Shown: positions 26,490-38,099 of the stretch, in pieces
Layout of the letters: each line of letters starts with the position of its first letter
Numbering within the stretch: position 1 is the first letter of the stretch
Assembly: GCA_051362555.1 (NCBI GenBank)
Contig: CM120649.1
Coordinates: forward strand, 18,676,567 to 18,740,566
DNA length: 64,000 nt
DNA from: Lingula anatina
Lineage: Eukaryota > Animalia > Brachiopoda
Reading direction: 5' to 3'
The notes under the pieces: model-generated
Database searches by the model: none
Seen by the model: the letters and a program-made list of their open reading frames with translations, nothing else
Told to the model about the DNA's origin: nothing
Position numbers and translations under genes: made by a program

Positions 26490-27505
26490 TAAGACTACTG
26501 TCACCATGTTAAGCGATTTGATTTAGATTTACATACAAGGCCATATTAAATGAGAAGTTGTAAGTCGGAAAACTTTAGGATTTCTGAAACAGTCCCTAAG
26601 AACAGCCCATTACTGATAACTACAACTATTTTTATTTGTAATACATCTATTTCATACTCAATAACAGTGGCGTGGAATCATAGCTACTATCAGACATCAC
26701 GGCAATACCCATTCAAGTTCATATTACCAGACTACAGACAGAAATAAGTAAATAATTAAAGAACATCAGATAATCTCCAGATAGTGTGCTGTAGTTCAGT
26801 AACACAGAAAATTCATATCCAATCAAGCCGATCATTAGGTTCAAAAAATCCCAAGACGGCTTTCAAGTGGAGTGGGTCAGGTAAGGTGTCCTGGTATTGC
26901 ATGACATCACTTCAAGACACAATGAATGAGAAAAATAAGGCATAAAGTATGACATATCAGTCCAGACAAGTATAAATTGGTATAAATTAATAACAGACCT
27001 GTCACTACAGATGGTACACATGTATGTAGTAATAATTCACATTGACTTCTCTAGGAGCACACTCCCAATGAAACTGTAATTAGTTCTACAAAGATTTAAT
27101 CCAAGTCCATGGAGACTCTCGCTGAATGCAGTCAGATTAACTGAATGACACGCCTCCTCTAGGAGGCAGTGTGTGCTCACTTTTGGAAGCTTTTTTTTTA
27201 TTAACGATTCATTTTGAGTGAGACCGAAACATATCAGTCTGTACAAATTGCATTTGTGAGAGCGACAGTAGCTTTGTTATTACATAAGAGAGTCACCATA
27301 AGAGACCTCTTGGACTGACCAAGAGCAAAACAGGTTCCTACCTCAACCATACAAGCTGTATAAATATCTCCAAGTGACAATGAGATGTAAATACTCAAAC
27401 TGACCATCCCTTCCCCCCCCTTCCACACACAAACACACAACCCCTTTCTCCCCACCCCCACCACAACTCCCCTCCCAACTCCACCCTTCAGACCACCACT
27501 CTTAC

Positions 27506-27518
27506 CTTCAGAAGACAT
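27506..27518 (-). CDS. Candidate internal first coding exon (MSSE+G)
   Basis: ATG TCT TCT GAA G followed by the strong donor gtaaga. Phase 1 matches the L27N exon acceptor. Confidence 0.35.
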
Positions 27519-30500
27519 GGGTATTCCTAGCTCCTCACAACTGCCTGTCCTTCACATCTCAGTATATACCACAGACACACAAATATCATTAAAGATCAAT
27601 CAAAGATGCGTCAAGCGTTTATTATAAAACTTTTCCCACCACATGACTCCGTCGTTTTAACAGGGAGGGTGTCACAGCTCCTGAGGCTAGATTTACTACA
27701 GACACATCTGATTCCTTTTTCTCCAATCACAGGAATTTTCATCTCGCTGAAGACTGTCCAATGTCCAATAAGATTTTTTACTTTGTTAGCTGATCCACGA
27801 CAATGCAGTTGTATTAAAAAGTTTCAAACACATAGAGGAAAATTACTGGTCTTCTGATTACAGAGTTTGTCTGAGCAGTAATGAGCATCATGTAACAAAT
27901 ATACTTCCTTTGCATCTATGCAAGTATTTTATAGAGAAAAAAATTTAATGAAATATTTTACAGAAAAAATAAATAAGTAAATATGATAAACAGCAAAGCA
28001 AGACATTTTGAGTGTTATACAACAATACTGCAAGCCATATCAATAAAAAAACAACTTAGCAAGGACCATGGGCTTTTACTCCAAAAATTATTTAATATAC
28101 ACTATCCTCGAAGCACTGCCTACATTAGGACAGAGAATTGATACATCAGAGGTCTGCGAATGGACAAGTTAAATTTTTTCCCTGGGCAGTTTTCTTCCTC
28201 CTGCTTAATTGACGGATTGCTTAATTCTCCCTCCCTAACACTATCAAAGCTCCCTAAAGATGAGTTGTCTTCAAAGGCAATTTTCTCTGACATGTAAATT
28301 GAGTTGCTGACTTGGATTTGAGGATTTAGAGTACAACCAGAGCTGTCAGTATGAAAATCTCATCAGAAAATGCTGCAATGACTGATTTATGGTTCTTATG
28401 AAAAATAATGTGAAATCTGAATTTTCTCATCAAAATGTCATTGCAAAATAACATTATTTAAAAAATGACAATACATAATGGCAATTGTCCAAATCACCTT
28501 TTTTTTTTTTACCTTCTCACATTTTTCTGTAATAACCCTAATCCACAAGTGACTCAAGGCAAGGCATTTAACAACCAGAGTCTCTTTTCACTCAGCTATA
28601 CACACAGATACCAACACAAATTGTAGGTGAGATAAGCTGGTATCCTATCAAGAATGTATATATTGCCAAATATGATTAATCAAAAATGTCGATAATCGGC
28701 CCAGGAAAATACCCCCTAACATCATCCAAACTGATATGCAAACTTAGTTTTTGGCACCTTTGATTGTCTGAAGGTTTACAAGTAACACATTCTTGATTAT
28801 ATGAATGCTCTCAGATACTTCATTCCATAAAATTCAGAAATTAGCACCAGACTGTCTTAAGCTTATTAATGGATTGCCTCTTTGTAGTACTGACTCTGGG
28901 GGCACAGTCACCCAGTTCATCTTAATTTATTTTAGAGAGAATTTACGTCATACCAGCGTAGTGAAAGTCAAGCTATCATCTTGTGAAATCCACAATGAAA
29001 ATACAGACATGATAATCTTCCAAATCTATTGAAAACTTCACAATAGATGTCTGAGACATTTCTGTTTGAAAAGTCAACATCAAGTGGCAAAATTGCACTT
29101 AGTGTATCTTCAGAAACATCTCAAATAGCTGCAATCAAGTTTGAAAGGCAGACATGCCATCTTTATTGATTGGCAGAAAGGGACAGCTGCAACGATTCTC
29201 AAGATTCATCTTCCTTCCCGTATCTTCCAATAGAGACAAAAGTGAGATCTTCAAAGACAACACAATGAAGGCGTGTTATAGAACAAATCTTATTAGGTCA
29301 CATTCAGACTGGGATCACTAGAGATCAGAAATGTGCTTGAAACATGTGATTATAAAAACTGATTGGTCATCGTTCAGTGACAATCCTATGGATATTACAA
29401 AGTATCTATTTCTTTCCAATACAAAAATTGAGAATAATAAGACAAAGAAATTATTGCACCTCTTCAGAATAAGCAACAATTTTCTACACAATTACAATTA
29501 TTACAGTAATATATTAATGTGATAATATTTTAGTACAGATATCTGAAAAGTTTGTTTGGTTCATGTCAGATTATTATTACTTTTTTTATGTCACTTTTTA
29601 ATAGCACTTGAATACTGCAGAAAACTTCATCTCAAATACTCAGGTATCCGTAATCATAAAAATAATCTTGTGCAAATCTGCAAACAATGGCTATAGTAAT
29701 GTATAGTGAATGGCTTTTCTCTCCCCACTGTAGTAATATGGAATACAAAACACAAACTGTTCTTCTTCCTATTGCAACAATAAACAGTGAATTAGTGCAT
29801 ATTACTTGATAAAATATTAATATTGGCCTGACCCTCACTCCTCTGCTGCTGCTGCCACCTGGTGCTGAATAAATAAACATCTATGAAATCAATTGGTACA
29901 GAGGGAATAATGAGTGCCACTTCTACACATTTCATTTCAGTAACTGAACTCTTTTGATTGATATCATCAAGTACAAGGACTAAAAAAGGCCAGGTGGAAT
30001 TGTATTCGCTTCCCATTCATGTTCTTTCATGATTTTTCTTATTATGAAGAGGCTATATCAAAACCCCTATAGAAACATATTCAATGGAAATTATGTATAA
30101 AACCAGGTTAATCTTTACATATAGAAAGTAGATCTATATTTTAAGCCCATCACCAATTACCATAACTTTGCATTCATAGAATGAAATATGTACTTCCAAT
30201 AAAGAGATGTTACAAGCTGTGTTATATGGGAATGTGTTGGATATGAATGTATTAGCTGTGATTGCTCTGAGTGCAATTGTGCTGAAGGTACCTCCCATTG
30301 TGTTAGATGTGCCAAAGGACACAATCAGTCAAATACGGATGTGGTAGGTGTGACATGTAGATCAAGAAACACTGACATTTCATGCAACATGAAATCTGGA
30401 ACATCCATCTGCTTCCAGGGAGAAAATACCCAAGTGAACATTTATAATGCAAAAACAGCTGGTAAAAAAACAAAGCTTTTTTAAAAAAAAAATGAAAATA

Positions 30501-31065
30501 TTCACAAACTTGTAATATTTTTGTTCAATCAATAACCTGTATTTTATAAATTTGGTGAAAACTGTTGAAAAAACATCATAAGTTTAAAACAAACTCAAGT
30601 GGAAACATTCACAACATACGCTGGGTTTCCAAAATTTTTCTTAAAAAAAAAAAAGAAAAGAAAAAAAAAGCTACATGTACATCTCCTTCAAAGTGAATAA
30701 CACTGCAAGAGCCACATGTACCTAATGTACAAAAAAAATTATATAAAAAAGATAAACATAGAAAACACAGACATCTGCCTACATCACAACCATGCATGGC
30801 TTGTGCAAGTACATTACAAATGGTATTTTATATATATATATATACACACTGTGAGGGGAAATACCCATTCTACTTACCCATGTTCTCTGCATTTTTAACT
30901 TAAAATCCAAAGAGACAAAGAAAATCAAATTGCACATCTATGATATTTTTAAAGATAAATAAATAAAAATAATAAAATCAAATTTGTTCAGAGTACATAC
31001 AGGGTAGAAAGGCTCATCATGTCCTTTTTAAAAACCTAACTCTACGATCAATCTCGTTCAGTTTT

Positions 31066-31112
31066 GTTTATAATAATAATAATAATAATAATAATGATAA
31101 TAATAATAATGA
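31066..31112. repeat. (AAT)n microsatellite
   Basis: Direct inspection. Confidence 0.9.
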
Positions 31113-31123
31113 TGAAGACTTAC

Positions 31124-31229
31124 CAGATGATGTATACTCATCCATATAGTCCATGCCGTTGGCGGTAGGGTTGGGGTCGTTGTAGAAGTCGACCCATTTA
31201 CTGCTGGACACTGCAGCCAAGACAGCACC
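31124..31229 (-). CDS. CASK: CASK coding exon: GAVLAAVSSSKWVDFYNDPNPTANGMDYMDEYTSS
   Basis: GAVLAAVSS continues the CaM-binding helix. Acceptor aattccag, donor gtaagt; 106 nt, phase 0 to 1. Confidence 0.94.
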
Positions 31230-31616
31230 CTGGAATTAATTTTTAATACATTTGCAATGAAATAAGTATTATCCTCCAAGTGTATCAGAAATACTAAGGA
31301 CAGCCACCCATAATGCTGTAGGACTTCTAAGCAGTACTACTTTCATCGTAAGTAATGCTGGATAAAAAAATCCAATGTTGCAACAGCTGTAAAAGATAAA
31401 AATGGACTTGATAATCTGTGATGTTTACTATGAAGCATTTTGCTAATTCAAAATCCAAATCACTTTTAAACAAAATTCTTGATTCTTTTTAACCTGAGTA
31501 TATGGAACTAGTAAAACCTAAATCTATTAAAATAAATAAAAAATATAGGATGATATAAATTACAACAGTTTTGCTTTCCAAAAGAGCCTGAAATTTTTCA
31601 AAATCAAAATACTGAC

Positions 31617-31697
31617 CTTAAGTTTTCTCCTAGCATTAAATCTCTTCATTTCCTCCACTGTTTCAGCTAAATGCAGTCTTGGCGCTTTCCCTCTTTC
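31617..31697 (-). CDS. CASK: CASK coding exon, regulatory segment: ERGKAPRLHLAETVEEMKRFNARRKLK
   Basis: FNARRKLK CaMK-type regulatory/CaM-binding motif. Acceptor gttgtag, donor gtcagt; 81 nt. Confidence 0.95.
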
Positions 31698-31838
31698 CTA
31701 CAACACCAAAAACAAAGAAATCACCCCACTAAAACAACCGCATTAAATGATAACAATACATGGCGCTTTCCCTCTTTCCTACAACACCAAAAACAAAGAA
31801 ATCACCCCACTAAAACAACTGCATTAAATGATAACAAT
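31680..31838. repeat. Near-perfect tandem duplication (period 81 bp) spanning a CASK splice acceptor
   Basis: 31680-31757 and 31761-31838 differ at one visible position. Confidence 0.92.
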
Positions 31839-32398
31839 CTAACAGGACAGGATAAGTGCTATTGAGCTGGGTTTCCCTGCTTTAATCATTGAAAAACAGA
31901 CATCCTTACAAATAAGACTTTGAACCTGTATTAAATGTGTAATACACAGGCAATAACCATGGGAAAACAAGTGCACTTTAAACTTAAAACTGCAGCCTTG
32001 AAGTTTATGAAATTAATAATGACCTCATTACCAATTGACAGCACAATGCTCTGGAACACCTGGTTTGAGTTAAGACACATTAGTGTACACTTAATAATGG
32101 AAATTCAATATGACACATGGGTTGTTGTGCACTTTGGCACAGCTGTTCTGTTAAAACTAATTGCGAATTGATCTGTGTCACTGTGGAAATCTAACATGAC
32201 AGCCGACTCACATGAAATTGCGTTAGGTGAGAAAAACTACTCATTCAGCTCAACTGCTGCATCAACTCACAGATATGATTTTATCAATTATATATCATGC
32301 ATGCTAAATGGTAGAATGAAGTCTTCAGTTGAGATATTCCCATTACTGTATAAGCTAACAAGCATGAAACTTTGAATGCTAATCAATCAGTGTGAAAA

Positions 32399-32400
<2 letters not shown>

Positions 32401-32432
<32 letters not shown>

Positions 32433-32463
32433 AAGTGCATGTGTGCGTGTGTGTGTGTGTGTG
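32401..32463. repeat. (GT)n microsatellite next to the donor of the 123-nt exon
   Basis: Direct inspection. Confidence 0.9.
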
Positions 32464-32474
32464 TTGTACAGTAC

Positions 32475-32597
32475 CTTTATCCAGGGGTGGTTCAGTGCCT
32501 CTTCTATGGTGTAGCGATGATCTGGGTCCAACTCCAGAAGTCTGTACAATAAATCCTTGGCGTCCTCAGAAATAAACTGCCAGATTTTAGGTTTCAT
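32475..32597 (-). CDS. CASK: CASK coding exon: MKPKIWQFISEDAKDLLYRLLELDPDHRYTIEEALNHPWIK
   Basis: Lies within ORF 32379..32681. End of the kinase domain (ALNHPW). Acceptor tttgcag, donor gtactg; 123 nt, phase 0 to 0. Confidence 0.96.
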
Positions 32598-32625
32598 CTG
32601 CAAACATACAAATATATATATTATT

Positions 32626-32626
<1 letters not shown>

Positions 32627-32681
<55 letters not shown>
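32627..32681. repeat. (CT)n(CA)n microsatellite next to the acceptor of the 123-nt exon
   Basis: Direct inspection. Confidence 0.9.
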
Positions 32682-32860
32682 GCACTAAATTATGAAAAAA
32701 ATTATTTAAAAAATATAGCTTTTTGAGTGGACATGTTAGTCTCAAAATGCAACCAAATAATGAGCAGTGCAGACCATTTTTATCAATCTACACATATATT
32801 CTTTCTTAGAATAGCATTCTGAACTCTGTCAAATATCCAACAAAATGTCTCCCCACTTAC

Positions 32861-33036
32861 ATGCATCCTTCCATTCACAATATTCTCAAACAGGTGCTCC
32901 CTGGTGCCGTAGAAAGGCAGTGACCCACTGAGTAGAATATACATAAGAATTCCGCCTCCCCACGCGTCCACGGGTTTCCCATAAGGCTCCCTCTTCACCA
33001 CCTCGGGGGACATGAAGTGCGGGGTGCCGATACGAC
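32861..33036 (-). CDS. CASK: CASK coding exon: GRIGTPHFMSPEVVKREPYGKPVDAWGGGILMYILLSGSLPFYGTREHLFENIVNGRMH
   Basis: Lies within ORF 32783..33052. Activation segment/alphaF motifs. Acceptor ctttccag, donor gtaagt; 176 nt. Confidence 0.97.
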
Positions 33037-33347
33037 CTGGAAAGTAGACCAAATGTGAAATAATACACCTGTATGATACACCTGTGTGTCACCTGAGGGT
33101 TATATGCCAGAACACCTCCACTGTTAGAGAGAAGTATGATGTGACAGTGTATTTTTTGACATACGTACTTAGAGATAGTACTAGTATTTCACTGCAAAAC
33201 ACCTTTACACTGAAAGCTGCTTATATCAGCACAGTCAAATACTATGGTGAAGCTACTTCCCAAACCAAAAGCCAGCTCTCAAGACACTGCAATGATCAGG
33301 TTCAAATTTGTTCTTCTGCCTGACAATAAATACATAAATTTTATCAT

Positions 33348-33495
33348 CAGGGGCAGATTGAGGCCATCTTCCAGGTCTTCCAGAAGACAATCAGCATTTT
33401 TCAAGTTTAGGTTGACCAGCATCTAATTTTTTTTCTGTTGGAAGATGAAGGATAACTTGGAAGACTGTCAGAAAATATCTCTGGATCTGCCCCTG
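33348..33495. mobile_element. MITE family C, degenerate copy with internal deletion
   Basis: CAGGGGCAGAT...ATCTGCCCCTG, with interior similar to 18284-18450. Confidence 0.75.
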
Positions 33496-34392
33496 AATTC
33501 ATTCCCATATATTTTTACTTAACTGAAAGTTCTGAATAGTCAGTGAAATGTTCAGACAGGCAGTAGTTGATCTGCACTATTTCATCATAACTCTGTCAAT
33601 AACTGATTGTTTTTAAGAAGAATGTTTTTAACACAAGACCCAAAAATAATTAATAATAAAAGAGTCAAGTCCAGTCATAAAGAGAGTTTACAATCAAAGA
33701 CAATCAAGGTAAAAGCATGATATTTATACTGCTATATGGCCCATTCCAGACAAGACTTTAAGTTAGTTATGTTGTCAGAGCACTTATTGCATTTTGTTAT
33801 TAAGGCTAATCAATCTCATTAACTTTATATTCCCTGTCAAAATTGACAGTTAGTATAACAATTTCTTACTCCAGAACATTCACAAGTAGCCGTGTGGTGC
33901 ATACAATGACTTCAATCACTTCTCTGATGGCAATTTTTATCTAAATTGGCCATTTCGCTCTCCTGCGCTTTCTGAAAACACCCAACTGCCATCAGAGGCA
34001 CGCTCCTTTAGACAATTACTAAGTAGCAGTATATGGCACTTGTTCTTATTCAGTTAAGTGGTTTTTGGACATATTTGCCTGGCCTTTTCAGTGTAAACAG
34101 CGAGTAAGTGATGATATGATTATGGAGCAAATCAATAGAATAGGACCGAGTTTACACTAGGAAGAGAATGATTGAAGTTGAATGTATTGGTGTGAACCAG
34201 GTTTTGGCTACTCTCTCCATGGTTTTGATTTTAAAAAGAATTTAAAACTTCAATGAAGCGTATGGTGTGATCACAATCACCTTAAGTTACATCTGAGAAC
34301 AGCAGTTATAACCACAACCAAAACCAGGTTTAACAGTTCATCTCGCTCTTTCTTTTACACACACACAGATAGACATACAAGCACGCACACAT

Positions 34393-34437
<45 letters not shown>

Positions 34438-36052
34438 GCTCCAAACACTAAATGCTTCTCATAAAGATGAAGGCATTTACTACAAATCGCCATGATAACT
34501 CCCAGGATTTGTCGTAACAAGGGGCTCTGTTCACAGCACTGAATCAGATGCATAACCATTAGGGGCTAGTGTGAACGCGGCTGGGATTACCATCTGTGGG
34601 AGTGCAGTAAGTGAACTGTGTGCTGGCGAGAAATATTCTGTGATCAGACTTTATGATTGCTTGAGAAAGGCAAAACAGTCCATTAAATTAAAAGAAAATG
34701 TTCCATGCCAGGCTTCCTGAATAGTTGAGAATTTTTTGCTGCATTGACATACGCTTTGGTTTATGAAATCATAACATGCTTTTTACTGAATAAGTGTGAA
34801 ACAAAACAGCAATGAGAGAGAGAGAGAGAACACATGGACACATGAAAGACACATGGACAGAATGTTAAAGACCGCTTCAACGACCTTCACTTTCTTTCAA
34901 TATAGTAAAGAAACTGTATAATTATACTAATTATATTTGCAGTTCTCAGAAAAACACTGGTATACATTTTTATATATGTAATAATCAACCTAATAATCAA
35001 CTTTAGTTAATATGTAAAGATCAAATGTCAAGTCTGCTAAAAAAATGAAAGTGCTCGTTTAGCAAACCAAGAAAAACACTGCATATTGTTAAATTAAATA
35101 GATAATATCAAGCTCTTCACTCTAAATAATGAAATATCAAATTAAGTGGTCTCAAAATCCAAAACCATGCATGTAAGACAAATAAGTAATATTAAAACAC
35201 TCCAAGACCTTTATAACATCTAAAAAATGGGTAATATCATTAGTAAATAATAAAAATGAAAATAAAAAATCACTTTCACTTCTTAATCCACTTACTGTCA
35301 TGCGCAAACAAGCTTTTTTCATCAACTGCAATAAAACCATTTTTACAAAAATGAAAAAGACACAATACCTATAAATATATATATAAGAATTATCAGACTG
35401 AGGAAAACTAATTTTCACACACCTAAGAATGAGGATGCATTAATCATGAAAAGGTACGAATTGTGATCAATAAAATTCAATCCTCATACTTCCCACATCC
35501 AGGTCAAAAGCCTAAAAGCTGTTGATAATACTGATTTTAAAACTCATGCATACCTAATATCATTTACTCATAAAACAAGCTTCTTACACTGGCAATAACA
35601 CCGTTCCTACATATGTCCTTAGGGCAACCCAAATCAAATAATTCAAACTAAGTGTAAAAACTACCATAATTGCTCATAAATACATATAAAATTGATTGGT
35701 TTTCCTTCTCAAAATGTTTTTTGAGTAGTTTCTAATTAACATTAATTCAGGTCCCTAAAAGGAAATCAGGCTGGTGCCGAAAAGCAATTCTGAGAGTAAC
35801 TACAAATGGTATCCTTAAAAGTAATCAAGGATAGATATCAGTTAAAGTATGGGGTATGAAATTTGTGAGCAATTAGAAAATATTCTAATCACTTGAACAA
35901 ATATCCTAAAAAACTTACAAGTTTGTCTTAAACAAACAAAGATGGAACAAATTTTACCAATTATGATAATAAATAAAACATGCCCCCACAAACGGGTCAC
36001 AATTATACCCAAAATAGGCCTCAATGATCGAACTTTTAAGTATATATCTCAC

Positions 36053-36228
36053 CTCCGGATATCTTTCCAGACTCTGGAAGCTGTATTGCGACACCAAATC
36101 CACCAATTTTTACAGGAGCGGAATTCTCCTTGGAAGCCAATAGAACACAATGGGGTTTCATGTCGCGATGGATGACGTCATTTTCATGACAGTAACGTAA
36201 GGCCTCTAAAATTTGTCGGAGGTAGTGA
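36053..36228 (-). CDS. CASK: CASK coding exon with catalytic loop: [58 protein letters not shown]
   Basis: HRDxKPHC and GGFG are diagnostic of CASK. Acceptor ttttcag, donor gtgaga; 176 nt. Confidence 0.97.
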
Positions 36229-36543
36229 CTGAAAATTTAGACATTATAAAATAAATGAGACACCACTGTAAGTTGTACTGAGTAAGTAATGACTATTTTT
36301 TGCTTTGCAGATTTAATTTCATGCACCACTAAACCTCAATATTCAAACACATAAATATCCTTTAACTTTGATTAATATGTAAAAATAAAAGGACACTGGT
36401 ATCTTAACTGACATCAAATGGAGCAATTTAATATCAAACAGCAAAACATTATCTTAAATTGTTTCTGGATATTACAAGGTATATGGGGTGCAAAAATGAG
36501 AAAAGATGGCTTTCATTAACAGACCGACTCTACATCTGGTTAC

Positions 36544-36621
36544 CTGGCAACAGCTTCACTGTAGACAAACCCCGCAGAAGCTCTCTTCACAATCTCAAAG
36601 CACAGGTCTGCGCCGTCCATA
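36544..36621 (-). CDS. CASK: CASK coding exon: [26 protein letters not shown]
   Basis: CASK-specific motif. Acceptor tttccag, donor gtaacc; 78 nt, phase 2 to 2. Confidence 0.96.
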
Positions 36622-36841
36622 CTGGAAATAATACACAGATGTTAGACTGCAGAACAACATATAGGCAATGTAATTAAAAGGGTGTCTATAATATTCAGAA
36701 TATTCCTTAAATTAAATCGTGTTTCCAGTGAAAAATGTGCAGACCTAGCTTGATAAATGGATCATCTCAGCACGCCCTGGGGTTGCGACCTCTCAGCTTA
36801 GGAAGTTTGGCTAATGGCATAAGACAAACCTTGATTACATA

Positions 36842-37066
36842 GGGTGCATTCCCAGAGACTTAGATCGATCCAGAGATTAAGAATTAGATCGACCTAACTC
36901 CCTGGGGGTTCACGCTAAATTGCAGTCAGCCGAGCGCGCAACATAGTTAATTGCCACCTTACACCTTTAAGTAGGCAGGACAGATGCTCAAGCCAGCTAA
37001 ACTGACAGTAATCTAGTGAGACTCCCCACAGGGATAGATCGATCTAAAATCTATGGGAATGGGGTC
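36842..37066. mobile_element. MITE family A copy (reverse orientation, TSD ATA)
   Basis: Same internal blocks and TIRs; ata on both sides. Confidence 0.85.
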
Positions 37067-37149
37067 ATAGTTGTGATTGGTATCACACTCAGGTACTCAG
37101 TAACAAATATACCAGAGTTTAGTTGTATACTCAGACAGGTCCGTCCAAA

Positions 37150-37385
37150 AGTGTCAACCTTAAAAGGTTAACGCACAAAGGTCAACAAACAAGGGTAGTC
37201 CTTGCTAGAAAGGTCAACCCAGAAAGGTGAAACTAGCTAAAAAGGTCAACTCATCAAGGTCAACCAACAAAGGTCAGCCTTGCTAGAAAGGTCAACCTAG
37301 GTAAAGGTCAACTTAGGTCCAAAGGTCAACCTAGGTACAAAGGTCAACCTGGGTACAAAGGTTTACCATGACAAATCAACCTATT
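37150..37385. repeat. Degenerate short tandem array of AAGGTCAAC motifs
   Basis: About nine AAGGTCA occurrences in ~200 bp. Confidence 0.75.
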
Positions 37386-38028
37386 TTGACTCATGTCTGG
37401 CTGTGAATGTCACACTTGATTTTCCAAGATTCCATAGATTTAGTAGTGATACAACACTGCCCAAAGCTTGTTTATAGGAACAGGTGAAGAAGTAAAATGC
37501 ATACAATATGACCCAAAGAAAAAAATGTTGACAGGATTTACATGGAAACGATAAAAATCAGAACAACTGTAATCATATAATTATTTCTTGGAAGCACTCA
37601 TTTAACTGTAATTAATACCTCGCATGGGTATTGTTCATTGTATATTAAATAAACAGAATAAAAATTATTAATGCTATTTTTAATCACACCTAAGACATTT
37701 TGTTCTTGATACAGATTTACCTAGAAAACAATGCACACAAGTACAAAGAAAAAAAAAAAGAAAAAAAAAAGAAAAAAATGTAAATCAATAACCATGAGGA
37801 AAGTTCAGCTCAGTAACCATGAAGTAATAACGACAAAGCATACGCTAATTATGATAAACTGAGTTTCGATGCAAGGCATCTTTCGTGCTGCCAGATGATC
37901 AATCTGTGCTTAAATTCAATTAACTCTGCCATCTGGATACAAGCCAAATATTAAATAATCTTACATCAAGCGACAAAATGGTGATGAAATATTCCTTGAT
38001 AAATCCTACTTTACTGCTTCAGAATTGA

Positions 38029-38033
<5 letters not shown>

Positions 38034-38091
<58 letters not shown>

Positions 38092-38099
38092 TACACACA
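38034..38099. repeat. (CT)n(CA)n microsatellite
   Basis: Direct inspection. Confidence 0.9.

Noticed and set aside
29833-29864. Possible micro-exon CACCAGGTGGCAGCAGCAGCAGAGGA after a ttattcag acceptor (AAAE reminiscent of the vertebrate micro-exon)
   Set aside because: No acceptor/donor pair gives a frame-preserving phase 1 to 1 exon in the AAAE frame.
37150-37385. Repeat-spacer pattern resembling a CRISPR array
   Set aside because: Eukaryotic intron, repeats only ~9 bp, irregular related spacers and no cas genes.
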